Part shown: positions 19,707-31,702 of the stretch, piece by piece
Layout of the letters: each line of letters opens with the position of its first letter
Position numbering within the stretch: the first letter of the stretch is position 1
From: an uncultured Gammaproteobacteria bacterium
GTDB lineage: Bacteria; Pseudomonadota; Gammaproteobacteria; Chromatiales; Chromatiaceae
Reading direction: 5' to 3'
NCBI GenBank assembly: GCA_963707135.1
Contig: CAVPOY010000025.1
Span: 24,649 to 88,648, forward strand
DNA: 64,000 nt
Notes under the pieces: generated by a model
Databases searched by the model: none
What the model was told of the DNA's origin: nothing
Seen by the model: only the letters and a program-made list of their open reading frames with translations
Translations under genes and position numbers: made by a program

Positions 19707-20942
19707 CTAGATTTTCAATCCGCGGTGTACGTATTCGAGCAGACCGAGTCGTGCCAGTGCACCGATCAGCGGTGATCGGGGAAACACGACCGCGTTAAAC
19801 AGGGGCCGGGGGACTGTCTGCCATTTATGGTGCCAATCGAGATCGGTCATCATATTGACCTCGTCGACATCGCTAGACTCGATTGCCTCCGAGATAACCC
19901 GGTCCATCAGCAAATTACCCGGCGAGCAGAACCGGTAATTGTCGTCAAAACCGATCTTGACAAGATTCAGTATACGGTTAATTAGCACGGCATACTGTCC
20001 GGCGATGGTCTTGCCGTCGGCCTCCAGGAAATTCCATACCATCCACCCGTGCCGGGTCATCGCCTGGGCAATCTCCGTGAGCATGTCCAGGTCCGCGGGG
20101 CGGGCCTTCACGGAGCTCTGCTCGCTTCCCTTCCAATTACGGTTTTCAACCTCGATGAATTCCGTTAAACACTCGTTCAGGGAGCGTTCCTGCTCCCGCA
20201 CCCGATAGCGCACGTCGGGCAATTTTTCGAGCCTTCTCCCGTTCTTCTTCAAGTAACGCCGCAGGTTCGAAGACATTCCTGCCGCATACTCTGCGCGCGT
20301 TTTCGGCAGCGGGACCGAGTTTTCATTCGAGACATAATGGGTAGAGACCCACAGCGCGTCCGATGTGCGCGCCAACCTCATCGGTGTCGAGACCTCCGGT
20401 ACCAGCCTGAATAGGACGACGGGCGTAGTTCGGGGGATATGATTCAGATAGTCGACGAAGGTCGCAAGAATATCCTCGCGTCCCGGTTGCGTCAGGCAAT
20501 CGGCTCCACTGGTGTGGTAAATGCTGCTCGGGAGCTGAAACGGCGTGAGCCGGAGTCCGGCTAGGGAATAGCATTTCCCGGTCACCAGGGGCAGGACGCC
20601 GACCAGCCGAGCGCCGTCATAGGCGAAAAGGCAGAGCCAGTTCTCGCGGGGACGCAACTGATGCTTGAGGTAAGCCGTGATCCAGGTATATGACAGCACC
20701 GGTGCCGAGCGTCCTGACTGCAGCAGCAATTCATCCCAGGCTTCGGCGCGCTCGGCCAGTTCAGGCAGCGTCCGGACGTCGGACAACCGAATTCCCGGGG
20801 GCGGGATGTAGTTCCAGTCCGTGGGCAGGCGAAAGGGCCTCGCCAGTGACTTGGCCAGCGACTTCAAGGTTGTTCTTCCGCCGTAACTGGCGCGGTGCCC
20901 GTCGGAGGTGCCGAACCGATAGATTACCGCTGATCGGCGCAA
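19707..20942 (-). CDS. GNAT/FemAB-like acetyltransferase of the CelD/BcsL type (Acetyltransf_6-like)
   Basis: 411-aa ORF. The C-terminal half (FIEVENRNWKGSEQSSV...GQYAVLINRILNLVKIGFDDNYRFCSPGNLLMDRVI) matches CelD-like proteins found in polysaccharide loci. The start is uncertain because the apparent start is TTG. Confidence 0.6.
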   Translation of the reverse strand: MRRSAVIYRFGTSDGHRASYGGRTTLKSLAKSLARPFRLPTDWNYIPPPGIRLSDVRTLPELAERAEAWDELLLQSGRSAPVLSYTWITAYLKHQLRPRENWLCLFAYDGARLVGVLPLVTGKCYSLAGLRLTPFQLPSSIYHTSGADCLTQPGREDILATFVDYLNHIPRTTPVVLFRLVPEVSTPMRLARTSDALWVSTHYVSNENSVPLPKTRAEYAAGMSSNLRRYLKKNGRRLEKLPDVRYRVREQERSLNECLTEFIEVENRNWKGSEQSSVKARPADLDMLTEIAQAMTRHGWMVWNFLEADGKTIAGQYAVLINRILNLVKIGFDDNYRFCSPGNLLMDRVISEAIESSDVDEVNMMTDLDWHHKWQTVPRPLFNAVVFPRSPLIGALARLGLLEYVHRGLKI

Positions 20943-21000
20943 ACGGGGAGTGGGGCGCCCCGCCGATGCGGGCGGGGCCTGGTTTTCTGGGGCCGTTGGG

Positions 21001-23661
21001 TCAGGCCGCGAGCTTTCGCAGAACGTAGTGGAGTATGCCGCCGTTGCGGTAGTAGTCCACCTCGTTCGGGGTGTCGATGCGGACCTTGGCCTGGAAAGTC
21101 GTCACCGGTCCATCGTCGTCGGTGGCCCTGACTTCCACCTGTTTGGCCTCGCCGTTGTCGAGGCCGACGATGTCGAAGGTCTCGGTGCCTTTGAGCCCCA
21201 GCGACGCGGCGTTCTCGCCGTTCGCGAACTCCAGTGGGAGGATCCCCATTCCGACTAGATTGGAACGGTGTATGCGCTCGTAGCTCTCGGCGATGACGGC
21301 ACGCACGCCGAGCAGCCTCGGGCCTTTTGCAGCCCAGTCGCGCGATGACCCGGACCCGTACTCCTTGCCTGCGATTACGATCGCCGGTACTCCTTCGGCC
21401 TGATATTTCATGGCGGCGTCGTAGATCGACATCTGTTCTGCGCTCGGCTGATGCAGCGTCACACCCCCTTCGGTCCCGGGTGCCAGTAGATTGCGCAGTC
21501 GGATGTTGGCAAAGGTGCCCCTCATCATGACCTCATGGTTACCGCGGCGGCTTCCCAGGCTGTTGAAATCCTTGGGTGAAACCCCTTTTTCAATCAGATA
21601 TCGGCCGGCAGGTGAATCGGGTTTTATGGAACCTGCGGGTGAAATGTGATCGGTCGTGATGGAGTCCCCAAGCAACGCGAGGCAGCGGGCGCCCGTAATG
21701 TCAGCGGCGGCGCCGACCTCCAGCGACATGCCCTGAAAGTAGGGCGGGTTCTTGATATAGGTCGACTCCGGCCAATCATAGGTCTTGCTCGAGGCCGCGG
21801 CCAGCGACTGCCAGCGTGAGTCCCCGGCGAACACATCGGCATAGGCCGACCTGAACTCATCGACGGTCACGTTCTCGGCGATGGCGCGGTTGATCTCGGC
21901 CTGAGTCGGCCAAATGTCTCGAAGATACACAGGGTTGCCATTGGCATCGGTGGCCAGCGGGTCTTTGTACGGGTCGAGGTCGATGCGTCCGGCGATGGCG
22001 TAGGCGACTACCAGCGGCGGGCTCGCCAGGTAGTTCATCCGGACTTCCGCGTGGACCCGGCCCTCGAAGTTCCGATTTCCGGACAGGATCGAGACCGCGC
22101 AGAGGTCGTTCTCGGCGATCGCTCTGGAAACCGGCTCCGGAAGCGGGCCGGTGTTGCCGATGCAGACCGTGCAGCCGTAGCCTACGTTGTGGAACCCGAG
22201 CGCCTTTAAGGGTTCTACGAGTCCGGCCCGCTCCAGGTAACGTGTCACGGCCATCGATCCCGGACCGAGCGAGGTCTTTACCCAGGGGGCGGCCTTGAGG
22301 CCCAGGCTTGCGGCTTTCTTGGCCACCAGCCCCGCCGCCAGCATCACGCTGGGATTCGACGTGTTGGTGCAGGACGTGATGGCGGCGATGACGATCGAGC
22401 CGTCGGAGATCTCGACCTGTTGCCCGCCGATTAGGGTCTTGGCGGGTCCGAGGTCCTTGAGCCCACGTTCCGCCTTCAGCGCGGCCAGCGCCTTGGGGAA
22501 GTGTCCGGCCATATCGGTCAGCGGGACGCGGTCCTGGGGACGTTTCGGGCCGGCGAGCGAGGGCACCACGTCGCCGAGGTCGAGCGCCACGGTCTCGGAG
22601 TAGTCGGCCTCCGCCGCGTCCGCGGTATGGAAGACACCCTGCGCCTTGCAATAGGCCTCGACCAGCGCGATCTGATCCTCGTCGCGGCCGGTGAGGCGCA
22701 GGTAGTCCAGCGTAATCTGATCGATCGGGAATAGACCGCAGGTGGCACCGTACTCGGGGCTCATATTGGCAATCGTGGCGCGCTCCCCCATTGGCAGCGA
22801 GCTTATGGCCGGTCCGTAGAAGTCGACGAACTTGCCGACGACACCGTGCTTGCGGAGCATGTCGACGACGGTCAAAACGAGGTCCGTTGCCGTCACCCCT
22901 TCCTTCAACGAGCCGGTCAGTCTGAAGCCCACGACCTTGGGCACCAGCATGGACACTGGCTGGCCGAGCATCGACGCCTCCGCCTCGATGCCGCCGACAC
23001 CCCAGCCCAACACGCCGATGCCGTTGACCATGGTGGTATGCGAATCGGTGCCGACGCAGGTGTCGAAGTACGCCTGAGTTCGGTCGCCGAGCTCGTTGGG
23101 GAATACGACGCGCGACAGATACTCGACGTTGACCTGATGAACGATCCCGGTGTCCGGGGGGACCACCTTGAACCCGTCCAGGGCGTTCTGTCCCCATTTC
23201 AGGAACTTGTAGCGCTCCTGGTTGCGCTCGAACTCCAGCTCGGCGTTCAACGCAAAGGCCTCGTCGGATCCGAAATGGTCGACCTGCACCGAGTGGTCGA
23301 TGACCAGCTCGGCGGGCTGCAGCGGGTTGATCCGCGCGGGATCGCCTCCGAGGGCCTGCATCGCGTCACGCATGGCCGCCAGGTCCACGACGGCCGGGAC
23401 ACCGGTGAAGTCCTGCATCAGGACCCGGGCCGGACGGTACTGGATCTCCTTGGACGGCTCGGCCTGGGGGTCCCAGTCGGCAAGGGCCTGGATGTCCCCA
23501 CGGGTGACGGTCTCCCCATCCTCGCACCGCAGCAGATTCTCGAGCAGGATCTTCAGGGAGAAGGGCAGGCGCCCGCTGCCCGGGACCGCCGCGAGCCGGT
23601 AAATCTCGAAGTCCTTGCCGGCGACATTGAGGGTGGACTTGGCATCAAAGCTGTTTGTCAT
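21001..23661 (-). CDS. acnA: aconitate hydratase 1
   Basis: 886-aa [26 protein letters not shown]... with aconitase Fe-S cluster Cys motifs ([18 protein letters not shown]). Confidence 0.95.
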   Translation of the reverse strand: MTNSFDAKSTLNVAGKDFEIYRLAAVPGSGRLPFSLKILLENLLRCEDGETVTRGDIQALADWDPQAEPSKEIQYRPARVLMQDFTGVPAVVDLAAMRDAMQALGGDPARINPLQPAELVIDHSVQVDHFGSDEAFALNAELEFERNQERYKFLKWGQNALDGFKVVPPDTGIVHQVNVEYLSRVVFPNELGDRTQAYFDTCVGTDSHTTMVNGIGVLGWGVGGIEAEASMLGQPVSMLVPKVVGFRLTGSLKEGVTATDLVLTVVDMLRKHGVVGKFVDFYGPAISSLPMGERATIANMSPEYGATCGLFPIDQITLDYLRLTGRDEDQIALVEAYCKAQGVFHTADAAEADYSETVALDLGDVVPSLAGPKRPQDRVPLTDMAGHFPKALAALKAERGLKDLGPAKTLIGGQQVEISDGSIVIAAITSCTNTSNPSVMLAAGLVAKKAASLGLKAAPWVKTSLGPGSMAVTRYLERAGLVEPLKALGFHNVGYGCTVCIGNTGPLPEPVSRAIAENDLCAVSILSGNRNFEGRVHAEVRMNYLASPPLVVAYAIAGRIDLDPYKDPLATDANGNPVYLRDIWPTQAEINRAIAENVTVDEFRSAYADVFAGDSRWQSLAAASSKTYDWPESTYIKNPPYFQGMSLEVGAAADITGARCLALLGDSITTDHISPAGSIKPDSPAGRYLIEKGVSPKDFNSLGSRRGNHEVMMRGTFANIRLRNLLAPGTEGGVTLHQPSAEQMSIYDAAMKYQAEGVPAIVIAGKEYGSGSSRDWAAKGPRLLGVRAVIAESYERIHRSNLVGMGILPLEFANGENAASLGLKGTETFDIVGLDNGEAKQVEVRATDDDGPVTTFQAKVRIDTPNEVDYYRNGGILHYVLRKLAA

Positions 23662-23790
23662 GCGGCGGCTCCAGGGTGGGGGCTATATGATCTGAGAAGA
23701 ACGGTCGGATTCTAGCGGGCGTGCCTCCACAGCGCTACGTGCTGCATTGCAATATAAAGGTTTGGGTACTTCCGGCCCGCCGGCGCGCGA

Positions 23791-24420
23791 TCAGGCGACC
23801 GATGTCTGATCGAGATAGCGGCGTGCATCATCGAGCAGGCGTTTGTGCCCGATTAGGATCTGCAAACGTGTCGCGCCGACCTGGCGCCATAGCATTGCGG
23901 CACGGACAGCCCCGAGCAGAAGCGCTCGCACCCGGTTCTGGTTATCCGGGTTCTGCAGGTGCAGCGGCTCGCCGCGGACCACGACGCGCGGTTGTAGCTG
24001 ACTGATCGTTTCACTGTAGATCCCCGCCAGATGAGCCAGAAGATTCGGATGGAGCAGCGCGAAGTGCTCGCGCTTGCTCGCCGCCTCCTGGATGCCTTGA
24101 CCGATGCGAGCGAGCAGGTCCGGTCGGCGGGACAGGGCGCGCTCGAGCTTCAGGACGGACACCACATGTCGCGTGAGCTCCAGGTCCCGCTCGGGTTTTC
24201 CGGTCAGCTGGGCGACGATCTGACGGGCGCCGTTGGCCAGTGCGCCGGGCTCACCGAACACCGCCGGCACGCTCTCGGCATCGATCTGAAAAAGGCTGTA
24301 GATGCAGGGCTCCATCGCCGCCGCGTCGGCGCTGCCGGAGCGCGCTATCCGAAGCACACAGTTGACGGCCTGATAGACGCCAGCCAGTGCGGTGACGCGG
24401 TCCATACTGTCGTGGGCCAT
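23791..24420 (-). CDS. hflD: high-frequency-of-lysogenization protein HflD
   Basis: 209-aa ORF (RVTALAGVYQAVNCVLRIARSG...SLFQIDAESV). It holds the conserved position next to mnmA. Confidence 0.85.
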   Translation of the reverse strand: MAHDSMDRVTALAGVYQAVNCVLRIARSGSADAAAMEPCIYSLFQIDAESVPAVFGEPGALANGARQIVAQLTGKPERDLELTRHVVSVLKLERALSRRPDLLARIGQGIQEAASKREHFALLHPNLLAHLAGIYSETISQLQPRVVVRGEPLHLQNPDNQNRVRALLLGAVRAAMLWRQVGATRLQILIGHKRLLDDARRYLDQTSVA

Positions 24421-24638
24421 ACGGCGTGAGGCTCCTGTCGGCTCCAGGTCGGGTGAATCGATTAGCGTGCCGCTCGCAAATCACGCGGCGCGCGGTTCTG
24501 GCAGGCGACCTCTGAAGTGACTCATTGTCACTCACTCGGAGGACCGTGCATGCCGGAGCTACCGAATTACCTGCGCAAATTGCGCAAAAGTCGAGGCATC
24601 CCGGGTCTCCCAGGGTTCGACGGGGCGAAATTAGGGAA

Positions 24639-25751
24639 TCAGACCCGCGCGCCCTCGATCACGGCGCCGCCCAGACATTCGTCTTCCCGGTAGAACACGA
24701 TCGACTGCCCGGGTGTGACGGCCCGCTGCGGTTCCCTGAAGTTTACCTGGCACCGATCCGATTCGCAGGCGATAACCTCGCAGGGCTGAAGCGGCTGGCG
24801 ATGGCGCAGCCGTGCCAGACAACCAAAGGGTGCCGGGTCCGGCGGCGCGCCGGCTATCCAGTGCGGCGCCGCCGCGTCGAGCCCGGAAGACATCAGAAGC
24901 GGATGATTGGAGCCCTGAACCACGACGAGCGCATTGCGCGAGACCTCTTTTGCCGCTACGAACCAGGGCTCCTCGGGTCCGCCGCGGATACCCCCGACGC
25001 CCAAACCCTGGCGCTGCCCGATGGTGTAATGGGCGAGCCCGCGGTGCTCGCCCACGCGGGCGCCCTCGGGGGTCTCGATCGGTCCGGGATCGCTAGGGAG
25101 GTAACGGGACAGGAAGTCCCGAAAACGGCGCTCGCCGATGAAGCAGATTCCGGTGCTGTCCTTCTTGTCGGCCGCCTCGAGTCCAAGGCGTCGGGCGGTT
25201 GCGCGTACTTGGCTCTTGGTGAGGTCCGCGAGCGGAAACAGTGCGCGTGAAAGCTGCCGCTGGTCCAGAAGGTGCAGGAAGTAGGTCTGGTCCTTTCCGG
25301 AATCGGCGCTGAGACGCAGGCGGACACGGTTCGCGTCGCGGGTCACGCGGGCATAGTGGCCGGTCGCGATCGCGTCTGCGCCGCACCCGAGGGCGTGATC
25401 GAGGAAGGCGCTGAACTTGATCTCGCGATTGCAGAGAACGTCCGGATTCGGTGTGCGCAGCGCGCGGTATTCCCGCAGAAAATGCTCGAATACCCGATCC
25501 CAGTACTCGGCGGCGAAGTTGACCGTGCGAAGACGTATTCCGAGGCGTGCGGCCACTGCGGTGGCGTCCGCGAGGTCCTTTGCGGCGGCGCAGTAACCCG
25601 GCTCGTCGTCCTCTTCCCAATTCTTCATGAACAGGGCCTCGACGTCGTAACCCTGCTTGATCAGGCGATGGGCCGCGACGGCCGAGTCGACGCCGCCCGA
25701 GAGTCCAACAAAGACTCGCGTTCCGTTGCCGTTGATCCCGAGCTGGCGCAT
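24639..25751 (-). CDS. mnmA: tRNA 2-thiouridine(34) synthase
   Basis: PP-loop [11 protein letters not shown] and a conserved MnmA body (FMKNWEEDD...CNREIKF...). Confidence 0.95.
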   Translation of the reverse strand: MRQLGINGNGTRVFVGLSGGVDSAVAAHRLIKQGYDVEALFMKNWEEDDEPGYCAAAKDLADATAVAARLGIRLRTVNFAAEYWDRVFEHFLREYRALRTPNPDVLCNREIKFSAFLDHALGCGADAIATGHYARVTRDANRVRLRLSADSGKDQTYFLHLLDQRQLSRALFPLADLTKSQVRATARRLGLEAADKKDSTGICFIGERRFRDFLSRYLPSDPGPIETPEGARVGEHRGLAHYTIGQRQGLGVGGIRGGPEEPWFVAAKEVSRNALVVVQGSNHPLLMSSGLDAAAPHWIAGAPPDPAPFGCLARLRHRQPLQPCEVIACESDRCQVNFREPQRAVTPGQSIVFYREDECLGGAVIEGARV

Positions 25752-25937
25752 TGTCCCAGTCTAACGCGCCCAGCCCGGGGAGGAAGCCCCGTTGGGGCAT
25801 CAGAACCTGGACGTACCGCTGTCGAGTGTCCGCACGCCCTGTGGCGCCGCTTAGAACCGGCCCGTTCGCACCCTGCGAACTCCGCTGGTGCGGTGGTAGC
25901 ATGTCGGCATTATCCGCCACCAGAGAGAACCCCCCAG

Positions 25938-27194
25938 ATGGGCTACGACAAGATCAAGGTCCCGACAGACGGCGAGAAGATCCAGGTCAACGCGGACATG
26001 TCATTGTCCGTACCGGATCAGCCGATCATTCCCTACATCGAAGGCGACGGAATCGGCGTCGACATTACCCCGGTCATGAAGCGGGTAACGGATGCCGCCG
26101 TCGAGAAGGCCTACGGAGGCCAACGGCGGATTCACTGGATGGAGATCTATGCCGGCGAGAAGTCGACCCTGACGTATGGCGAGGACGTTTGGCTGCCCGA
26201 GGAGACGCTCAAGGCGGTCAAGGATTTCGTGGTGTCGATCAAGGGTCCGCTGACTACGCCGGTTGGGGGGGGGATACGCTCACTGAACGTGACGCTCCGC
26301 CAGGAGTTGGACCTCTACGTCTGCATGCGCCCGGTGCGGTACTTTAGGGGCACGCCGAGCCCGCTGAAGGAACCAGAGCACACGGACATGGTGATCTTCC
26401 GCGAAAACTCGGAGGACATCTACGCCGGCGTCGAGTGGCAGCAGGGTACGCCTGAGGCCCGAAAGATCATCGCCTTCCTCCAGGACGAGATGGGCGTGAC
26501 CAAGATCCGGTTCCCGGAAACCTCCGGTATCGGTATCAAGCCTGTCTCCGAAGAAGGCACCAAGCGCCTGGTTCGCAAGGCGATCCAGTACGCGATCGAC
26601 AATGGCCGCCCATCGGTCACCCTTGTCCACAAGGGCAATATCATGAAGTTCACCGAGGGCGCCTTCAAACAGTGGGGCTACGATCTGGCCATGGAGGAAT
26701 TTGGCGCCCGTGAGCTAGGCGGCGGTCCCTGGTGCACGTTCGAGAACCCCAAAACCGGCGGCGAGGTGCTGATCAAGGATGTGATCGCCGACGCCTTTCT
26801 GCAGCAAATTCTGTTGCGGCCCAAGGAGTACAGCGTGATCGCGACGCTGAACCTCAATGGCGACTACATATCCGATGCCCTGGCAGCTCAGGTGGGGGGC
26901 ATCGGGATGGCCCCCGGCGCGAACCTGTCGGACTCCGTCGCCATGTTTGAGGCGACCCACGGAACCGCGCCCAAGTACGCCGGGAAGGATCAGGTCAACC
27001 CGAGCTCGCTGCTCCTGTCCGCCGAGATGATGCTGCGCCACCTGGGATGGACCGAGGCGGCGGACCTCATCATCAAGGGTGTAGAAGGCGCTATCCTGGC
27101 CAAAACGGTCACCTACGACTTGGAGCGCCTGATGGACGGCGCGACTAAGGTCAGCTGTTCCGGATTCGGCGAGGCGGTCACGCAGAAAATGTAG
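25938..27194 (+). CDS. icd: NADP-dependent isocitrate dehydrogenase
   Basis: [45 protein letters not shown]...[25 protein letters not shown]. The listed start at 25272 is an extension antisense to mnmA. Confidence 0.95.
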   Translation: MGYDKIKVPTDGEKIQVNADMSLSVPDQPIIPYIEGDGIGVDITPVMKRVTDAAVEKAYGGQRRIHWMEIYAGEKSTLTYGEDVWLPEETLKAVKDFVVSIKGPLTTPVGGGIRSLNVTLRQELDLYVCMRPVRYFRGTPSPLKEPEHTDMVIFRENSEDIYAGVEWQQGTPEARKIIAFLQDEMGVTKIRFPETSGIGIKPVSEEGTKRLVRKAIQYAIDNGRPSVTLVHKGNIMKFTEGAFKQWGYDLAMEEFGARELGGGPWCTFENPKTGGEVLIKDVIADAFLQQILLRPKEYSVIATLNLNGDYISDALAAQVGGIGMAPGANLSDSVAMFEATHGTAPKYAGKDQVNPSSLLLSAEMMLRHLGWTEAADLIIKGVEGAILAKTVTYDLERLMDGATKVSCSGFGEAVTQKM

Positions 27195-27307
27195 CCGGCG
27201 CGCGCCGGCGGCCACGCGCAGGGCATGGAGGGTTACGCCTGCGCGTCACGCAATCGGGAGTCGGTTGAAGAGGGGCGCGCGGATCGCGCGTCCCCGAATC
27301 GCGGTCG

Positions 27308-27514
27308 TCAGTTGACGCGGTGCACGCGGGCGGCGTGTAGCCCCTTCGGGCCGTGGGTCATCTCGAACTCCACTTTTTGCCCTTCCCTCAGCGTCTTATA
27401 GCCGTCCATATCGATCGCCGAGAAATGGACGAAGACGTCCTCCTCGCGACCGTCGGGCTTGACAAACCCGTAACCCTTTGCATTGTTGAACCACTTAACA
27501 ACACCGGTAATCAT
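27308..27514 (-). CDS. cspD: cold-shock domain protein (CspD-like by position next to clpS)
   Basis: [34 protein letters not shown], containing the RNP1/RNP2 motifs. Confidence 0.85.
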   Translation of the reverse strand: MITGVVKWFNNAKGYGFVKPDGREEDVFVHFSAIDMDGYKTLREGQKVEFEMTHGPKGLHAARVHRVN

Positions 27515-27800
27515 TGGCGCACTCCTCCGGGGGTTTGCGAGTTATGGTCGGTGGTATCTTTATGTTGTTGTCTGACGCCGCACCTTGAATCCGGCGATCG
27601 GCGCCATAGCTCCCAAGTATAGTGGGTTGATTTGGCTGGTCAAACGGTCGCATCGCATGGGTGTCTTCTATCCCTGGAGTTTGGTGCGGCTCGGACGACG
27701 CGAGCGATGAGTCGCGAGGTGTATTCCCGGCAGCCCGAACGGCGGTATGGGGCGACCGGCTGCGACTCTAGTCGGGGTTTATTGTCTAGAATTCCTAACC

Positions 27801-28124
27801 ATGAGCGACGATCTTCCGGGCGAAGAACGCGAGTCGGGGCTTGCTGTCCAAGAGTCGCGGCCAAAGCTGCGCCGCCCACCGCTCTACAAGGTGTTGTTGT
27901 TGAATGACGACTACACCCCCATGGAGTTTGTGGTGGATGTGCTGGAGACCTTCTTCGGCATGAACCGCGAGAAGGCGACACAGATTATGTTGCATGTCCA
28001 TACTCGGGGTGTGGGTGTCTGTGGTGTGTACACCCGAGACATTGCGGAGACCCGGGTCGCACAGGTCAACGATTACTCGCGCAGCCATCAGCACCCGCTG
28101 ATGTGCACCATGGAAGAGGCATAG
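27801..28124 (+). CDS. clpS: ATP-dependent Clp protease adaptor ClpS
   Basis: [58 protein letters not shown]. Start at Met 27801. Confidence 0.95.
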   Translation: MSDDLPGEERESGLAVQESRPKLRRPPLYKVLLLNDDYTPMEFVVDVLETFFGMNREKATQIMLHVHTRGVGVCGVYTRDIAETRVAQVNDYSRSHQHPLMCTMEEA

Positions 28125-28197
28125 GCAGCGGTGCCGAGATCTGTCTATTGGATTTTGTCCGTGGTCGTTTCCTGACCTTACGCTTGGGAATAAGCCG

Positions 28198-30459
28198 ATG
28201 TTGAGCAAAGAACTCGAATTCACGCTGAACCGGGCCTTCAAGGAGGCGCGCGAAAAGCACCACGAGTACATGACCGTCGAGCACATGCTGCTGTCGCTGC
28301 TCGACAACCCGGCCGCGGCCAAGGTCCTTCGCGCCTGCGGGCTCGACTCCGAGCGCCTGCGTCGCGAGATCACCGCCTTTATTGACGAGACGACGCCGTT
28401 GATTCCCGACAGCGACGATCGGGACACCCAGCCGACGCTAGGTTTTCAGCGGGTTCTCCAGCGGGCCGTGTTTCACGTCCAGTCGGCCGGGAAGAAGGAA
28501 GTGACCGGCGCCAACGTCCTTGTGGCCCTGTTCAGCGAACAGGACTCCCAGGCAGTGTATTTATTGAATCAGCAGGACATCACCCGGCTCGACATCGTGA
28601 ACTACATCTCCCACGGGATCTCGAAGGTCCCGGGTGAGAACCCGCACGACGAGATCCCGGGGGAGAGCGAAGAGGCCCGACCGGACGAAAAAGAGGGTAC
28701 GAGCCCGCTCGAGAGCTTCGCGACGAATCTGAACGAGATGGCCCGGCAGGGCCGTATCGACCCCCTGATCGGCCGTTCCGCCGAGGTCGAGCGGACGATC
28801 CAGATCCTCTGTCGTCGGCGTAAGAACAACCCCCTGTTCGTCGGCGAGGCCGGTGTCGGGAAGACGGCGATTGCCGAGGGTCTTGCCAAGAAGATCGTCG
28901 ACCGCGAGGTGCCCGAGGTGCTCGAGAACGCGGTCATCTTCGCGCTAGATCTTGGCGGTCTGGTCGCCGGCACGAAATACCGCGGCGATTTCGAGAAGCG
29001 CCTGAAGGCCGTGCTGGCCCAACTGAAGCGCCAGCCGCACGCGATCCTGTTCATCGACGAGATCCACACCGTCATCGGGGCCGGGTCCGCATCCGGCGGC
29101 GTCATGGACGCGTCGAACCTCATCAAGCCCGTCCTCGCCTCCGGTGATCTGCGCTGCATAGGCTCGACGACCTATCAGGAATACCGTGGGGTATTCGAGA
29201 AGGATCGCGCGCTCGCCCGGCGTTTCCAAAAGATCGATATCGACGAGCCTTCGGTGGAAGAGACCATCGAGATACTCAAGGGCCTCAAGTCCCGTTTCGA
29301 GGAGCATCATCAGGTCACCTATACCAACCCGGCCCTGCGCGCCGCCGCGGAGCTCGCGGATCGCTACATCAACGACCGCCATCTCCCGGACAAGGCCATC
29401 GATGTCATCGATGAGGCGGGCGCCAATGTGCAGCTGAAGAGTCCGGCAAAGCGCAAGAAGCGCATCGACGTGGCCGATGTTGAGTCGATCGTCGCAAAAA
29501 TCGCGCGGATCCCGCCGCGAAGGGTCTCGATCTCCGATGTCGAGTCACTGCGAAACCTGGACCGTGACCTCAAGATGGTGGTCTATGGACAGGACGCGGC
29601 AATCGATGCGCTGACATCGGCGATTCGGATGAATCGCTCGGGCTTGGGCCATGAGGAACAACCAATCGGCTCGTTCCTGTTCACCGGACCGACCGGCGTC
29701 GGCAAGACCGAGGTCACGCGCCAGTTGGCGCGAATCCTCGGTGTCGAGCTGATCCGATTCGACATGTCGGAGTACATGGAGCGTCATACGGTCTCCAGGC
29801 TCATCGGCGCGCCACCGGGTTATGTCGGTTTCGACCAGGGCGGCCTGCTCACCGAGGAGATCAACAAGCACCCTCATGCCGTGCTCCTGCTCGACGAGAT
29901 CGAAAAGGCCCACCCGGACGTCTTCAACCTGCTGCTGCAGGTCATGGACCACGGCACCCTGACGGACAACAACGGCCGAAAGGCCGACTTCCGCAATGTC
30001 CTGCTGGTGATGACGACCAACGCCGGTGCCCAGGAGACCTCGCGCCGCTCGATCGGTTTCTCGGAGCAGGATCACTCGACGGACGGTATCGAGGCCCTGA
30101 AGCGGTACTTCTCACCGGAGTTCCGAAACCGGCTCGACGCGGTTGTTCAGTTTGGACCGCTGTCCGAAGAGACGATCAAGAGCGTCGTCGACAAGTTCAT
30201 TTTCGAGCTGGAGCAGCAGCTCGCCGACAAGAAGGTCGCTCTGACGGTGGGCGCGGACGCGCGGGACTGGATCGCGGCGAACGGTTACGACCCGAAAATG
30301 GGGGCGCGCCCTATGGCTCGGGTTATCCAGGACCAGATCAAGAAGCCGCTCGCCAACGAGGTGCTGTTCGGCAAGCTCGCAGGCGGCGGCTCAGTGCGGG
30401 TCTTTGTCGAGGGCGGGTCCCTCGGATTCGAGATCAGCAGCGACAAGCGGCTCCACTGA
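28198..30459 (+). CDS. clpA: ATP-dependent Clp protease ATP-binding subunit ClpA
   Basis: 753 aa with a Clp N-domain and two AAA+ modules (GEAGVGKTAI; GPTGVGKTEV). Confidence 0.95.
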   Translation: MLSKELEFTLNRAFKEAREKHHEYMTVEHMLLSLLDNPAAAKVLRACGLDSERLRREITAFIDETTPLIPDSDDRDTQPTLGFQRVLQRAVFHVQSAGKKEVTGANVLVALFSEQDSQAVYLLNQQDITRLDIVNYISHGISKVPGENPHDEIPGESEEARPDEKEGTSPLESFATNLNEMARQGRIDPLIGRSAEVERTIQILCRRRKNNPLFVGEAGVGKTAIAEGLAKKIVDREVPEVLENAVIFALDLGGLVAGTKYRGDFEKRLKAVLAQLKRQPHAILFIDEIHTVIGAGSASGGVMDASNLIKPVLASGDLRCIGSTTYQEYRGVFEKDRALARRFQKIDIDEPSVEETIEILKGLKSRFEEHHQVTYTNPALRAAAELADRYINDRHLPDKAIDVIDEAGANVQLKSPAKRKKRIDVADVESIVAKIARIPPRRVSISDVESLRNLDRDLKMVVYGQDAAIDALTSAIRMNRSGLGHEEQPIGSFLFTGPTGVGKTEVTRQLARILGVELIRFDMSEYMERHTVSRLIGAPPGYVGFDQGGLLTEEINKHPHAVLLLDEIEKAHPDVFNLLLQVMDHGTLTDNNGRKADFRNVLLVMTTNAGAQETSRRSIGFSEQDHSTDGIEALKRYFSPEFRNRLDAVVQFGPLSEETIKSVVDKFIFELEQQLADKKVALTVGADARDWIAANGYDPKMGARPMARVIQDQIKKPLANEVLFGKLAGGGSVRVFVEGGSLGFEISSDKRLH

Positions 30460-30639
30460 TCGGTTAGACGGGAATCCGGCGAGTCGCCGCTCGCAGCAGG
30501 CTGGGCGCCACCTCCTCGCCGTGTTGGTTCGTCGTGCGGCTGGACGATCCGGCGAGCAGGTGATCGAAAGTCAGCTTGAGGCGACGGGCGGAAGAAGTCG
30601 GGGGTTCGACAGAGCGGCCGCCCCGGGGCGGCTCCGGTT

Positions 30640-30858
30640 TCAGCGGGCTCGGTAGACGATTCGTCCCTTGGTCAGGTCGTAGGGCGTGAGCTCGACGGTC
30701 ACCTTGTCGCCGGTAAGGATGCGGATGTAGTGCTTGCGCATCTTCCCCGAGATATGGGCCGTCACGTTGTGGCCATTCTCCAGTTGTACGCGGAACACCG
30801 TGTTCGGCAGGGTCTCTGTTACCGTGCCCTCCATTTGAATAACGTCGTCTTTTGCCAT
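30640..30858 (-). CDS. infA: translation initiation factor IF-1
   Basis: [72 protein letters not shown]. Confidence 0.97.
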   Translation of the reverse strand: MAKDDVIQMEGTVTETLPNTVFRVQLENGHNVTAHISGKMRKHYIRILTGDKVTVELTPYDLTKGRIVYRAR

Positions 30859-30943
30859 CGTCTAGCGGGTACTTGCGGAATCCAACGCGGGTTTCTGAGC
30901 GGCGGGAGTATAGCACAGGCCATTCGGGTCAAGGTCACACCGA

Positions 30944-31702
30944 TCAGCCGAGCTTGAGCGACTCGCCGCGTTCGAAATGCCGCCAATGCCGGCCGTCCCA
31001 GGCCTCGATGGGCCTGAACGCGTCTTTGTAGGACATCTTGCGGCATTCCTCTATCCAGTAACCCAGGTAGAGATATGGCAGCCCAAGTTTCCGCGCGGTC
31101 TCGACCTGCGCGAGGACGGCGAAGGTCCCGGGTCCGCGATACGCCGCCGCCGGGTCAAAAAAGGTGTAGACGGCGGACAGGCTGTTCTCGAGGACATCGG
31201 TCACGGCGACGGCAACGAGCCGGTTCTGGTCCCGAAGCTCCAGGAATCGGGTGTCCCCACCCCAGGGATCGCACAGAAATCGGCGATAGCTTTCCTCGCT
31301 CGCGTCCTCCGACATGCTGCCATCGGGGTGCCGGCTTTGGACATAGTGGCGGTAGAGCGCGAAATGGGCCGGGTCGAAGCGGGCGGGGGTGTCGATGAGG
31401 GTCAGCTCCGGCGCGTTCCGCCCCCAGTTCCTCCGTTGGGATCGATCGCGCCTGAACTGCTCGACCGGGACGCGAACCGGTATGCAGGCCGCGCAATTTC
31501 GGCAGGCGGGTCTGTAAACATGCGCTCCGCTGCGCCGGAACCCCTGGTCAATCAGGGTCTGGTAGATCAGGCCGTCCATGCGGGCCGCGGGGTCGATGAA
31601 CAGGGTCCGTGCCCGTGGACCGTCGAGGTAGGAGCAGGGGTGCTCGCCGGTGAGATACAGCGCCAACCCGGGTTCTTGGCCGACGCCGCTATCCTGTTTC
31701 AT
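30944..31702 (-). CDS. bpt: arginyl-tRNA/leucyl-tRNA--protein transferase (Bpt/ATE family)
   Basis: 252 aa with ATE_N/ATE_C signatures (HPCSYLDGPRARTLF...GFRRSGAHVYRPACRNCAACIPVRV...YLYLGYWIEECRKMSYK). Its start overlaps the aat stop (ATGA). Confidence 0.9.
   Translation of the reverse strand: MKQDSGVGQEPGLALYLTGEHPCSYLDGPRARTLFIDPAARMDGLIYQTLIDQGFRRSGAHVYRPACRNCAACIPVRVPVEQFRRDRSQRRNWGRNAPELTLIDTPARFDPAHFALYRHYVQSRHPDGSMSEDASEESYRRFLCDPWGGDTRFLELRDQNRLVAVAVTDVLENSLSAVYTFFDPAAAYRGPGTFAVLAQVETARKLGLPYLYLGYWIEECRKMSYKDAFRPIEAWDGRHWRHFERGESLKLG

Noticed and set aside
20956-20990. 8-bp GC hairpin followed by ggttttctgg, just downstream of acnA
   Set aside because: The T tract is on the plus strand, where no gene precedes it. 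For the minus-strand acnA the hairpin lacks a U tail. It may still act bidirectionally, but support is too weak to list as a terminator.
25272-25937. N-terminal 222-codon extension of the icd ORF
   Set aside because: The extension overlaps mnmA on the opposite strand and has no IDH similarity. Canonical IDH starts at MGYDKIKVP (25938).
30596-30640. tRNA-like GGTTCGA motif and GC palindrome between clpA and infA, where E. coli has serW
   Set aside because: No complementary T-stem, acceptor stem or anticodon arm can be built. The palindrome gccgcccc/ggggcggc looks like a convergent-gene hairpin with only a weak U tract.
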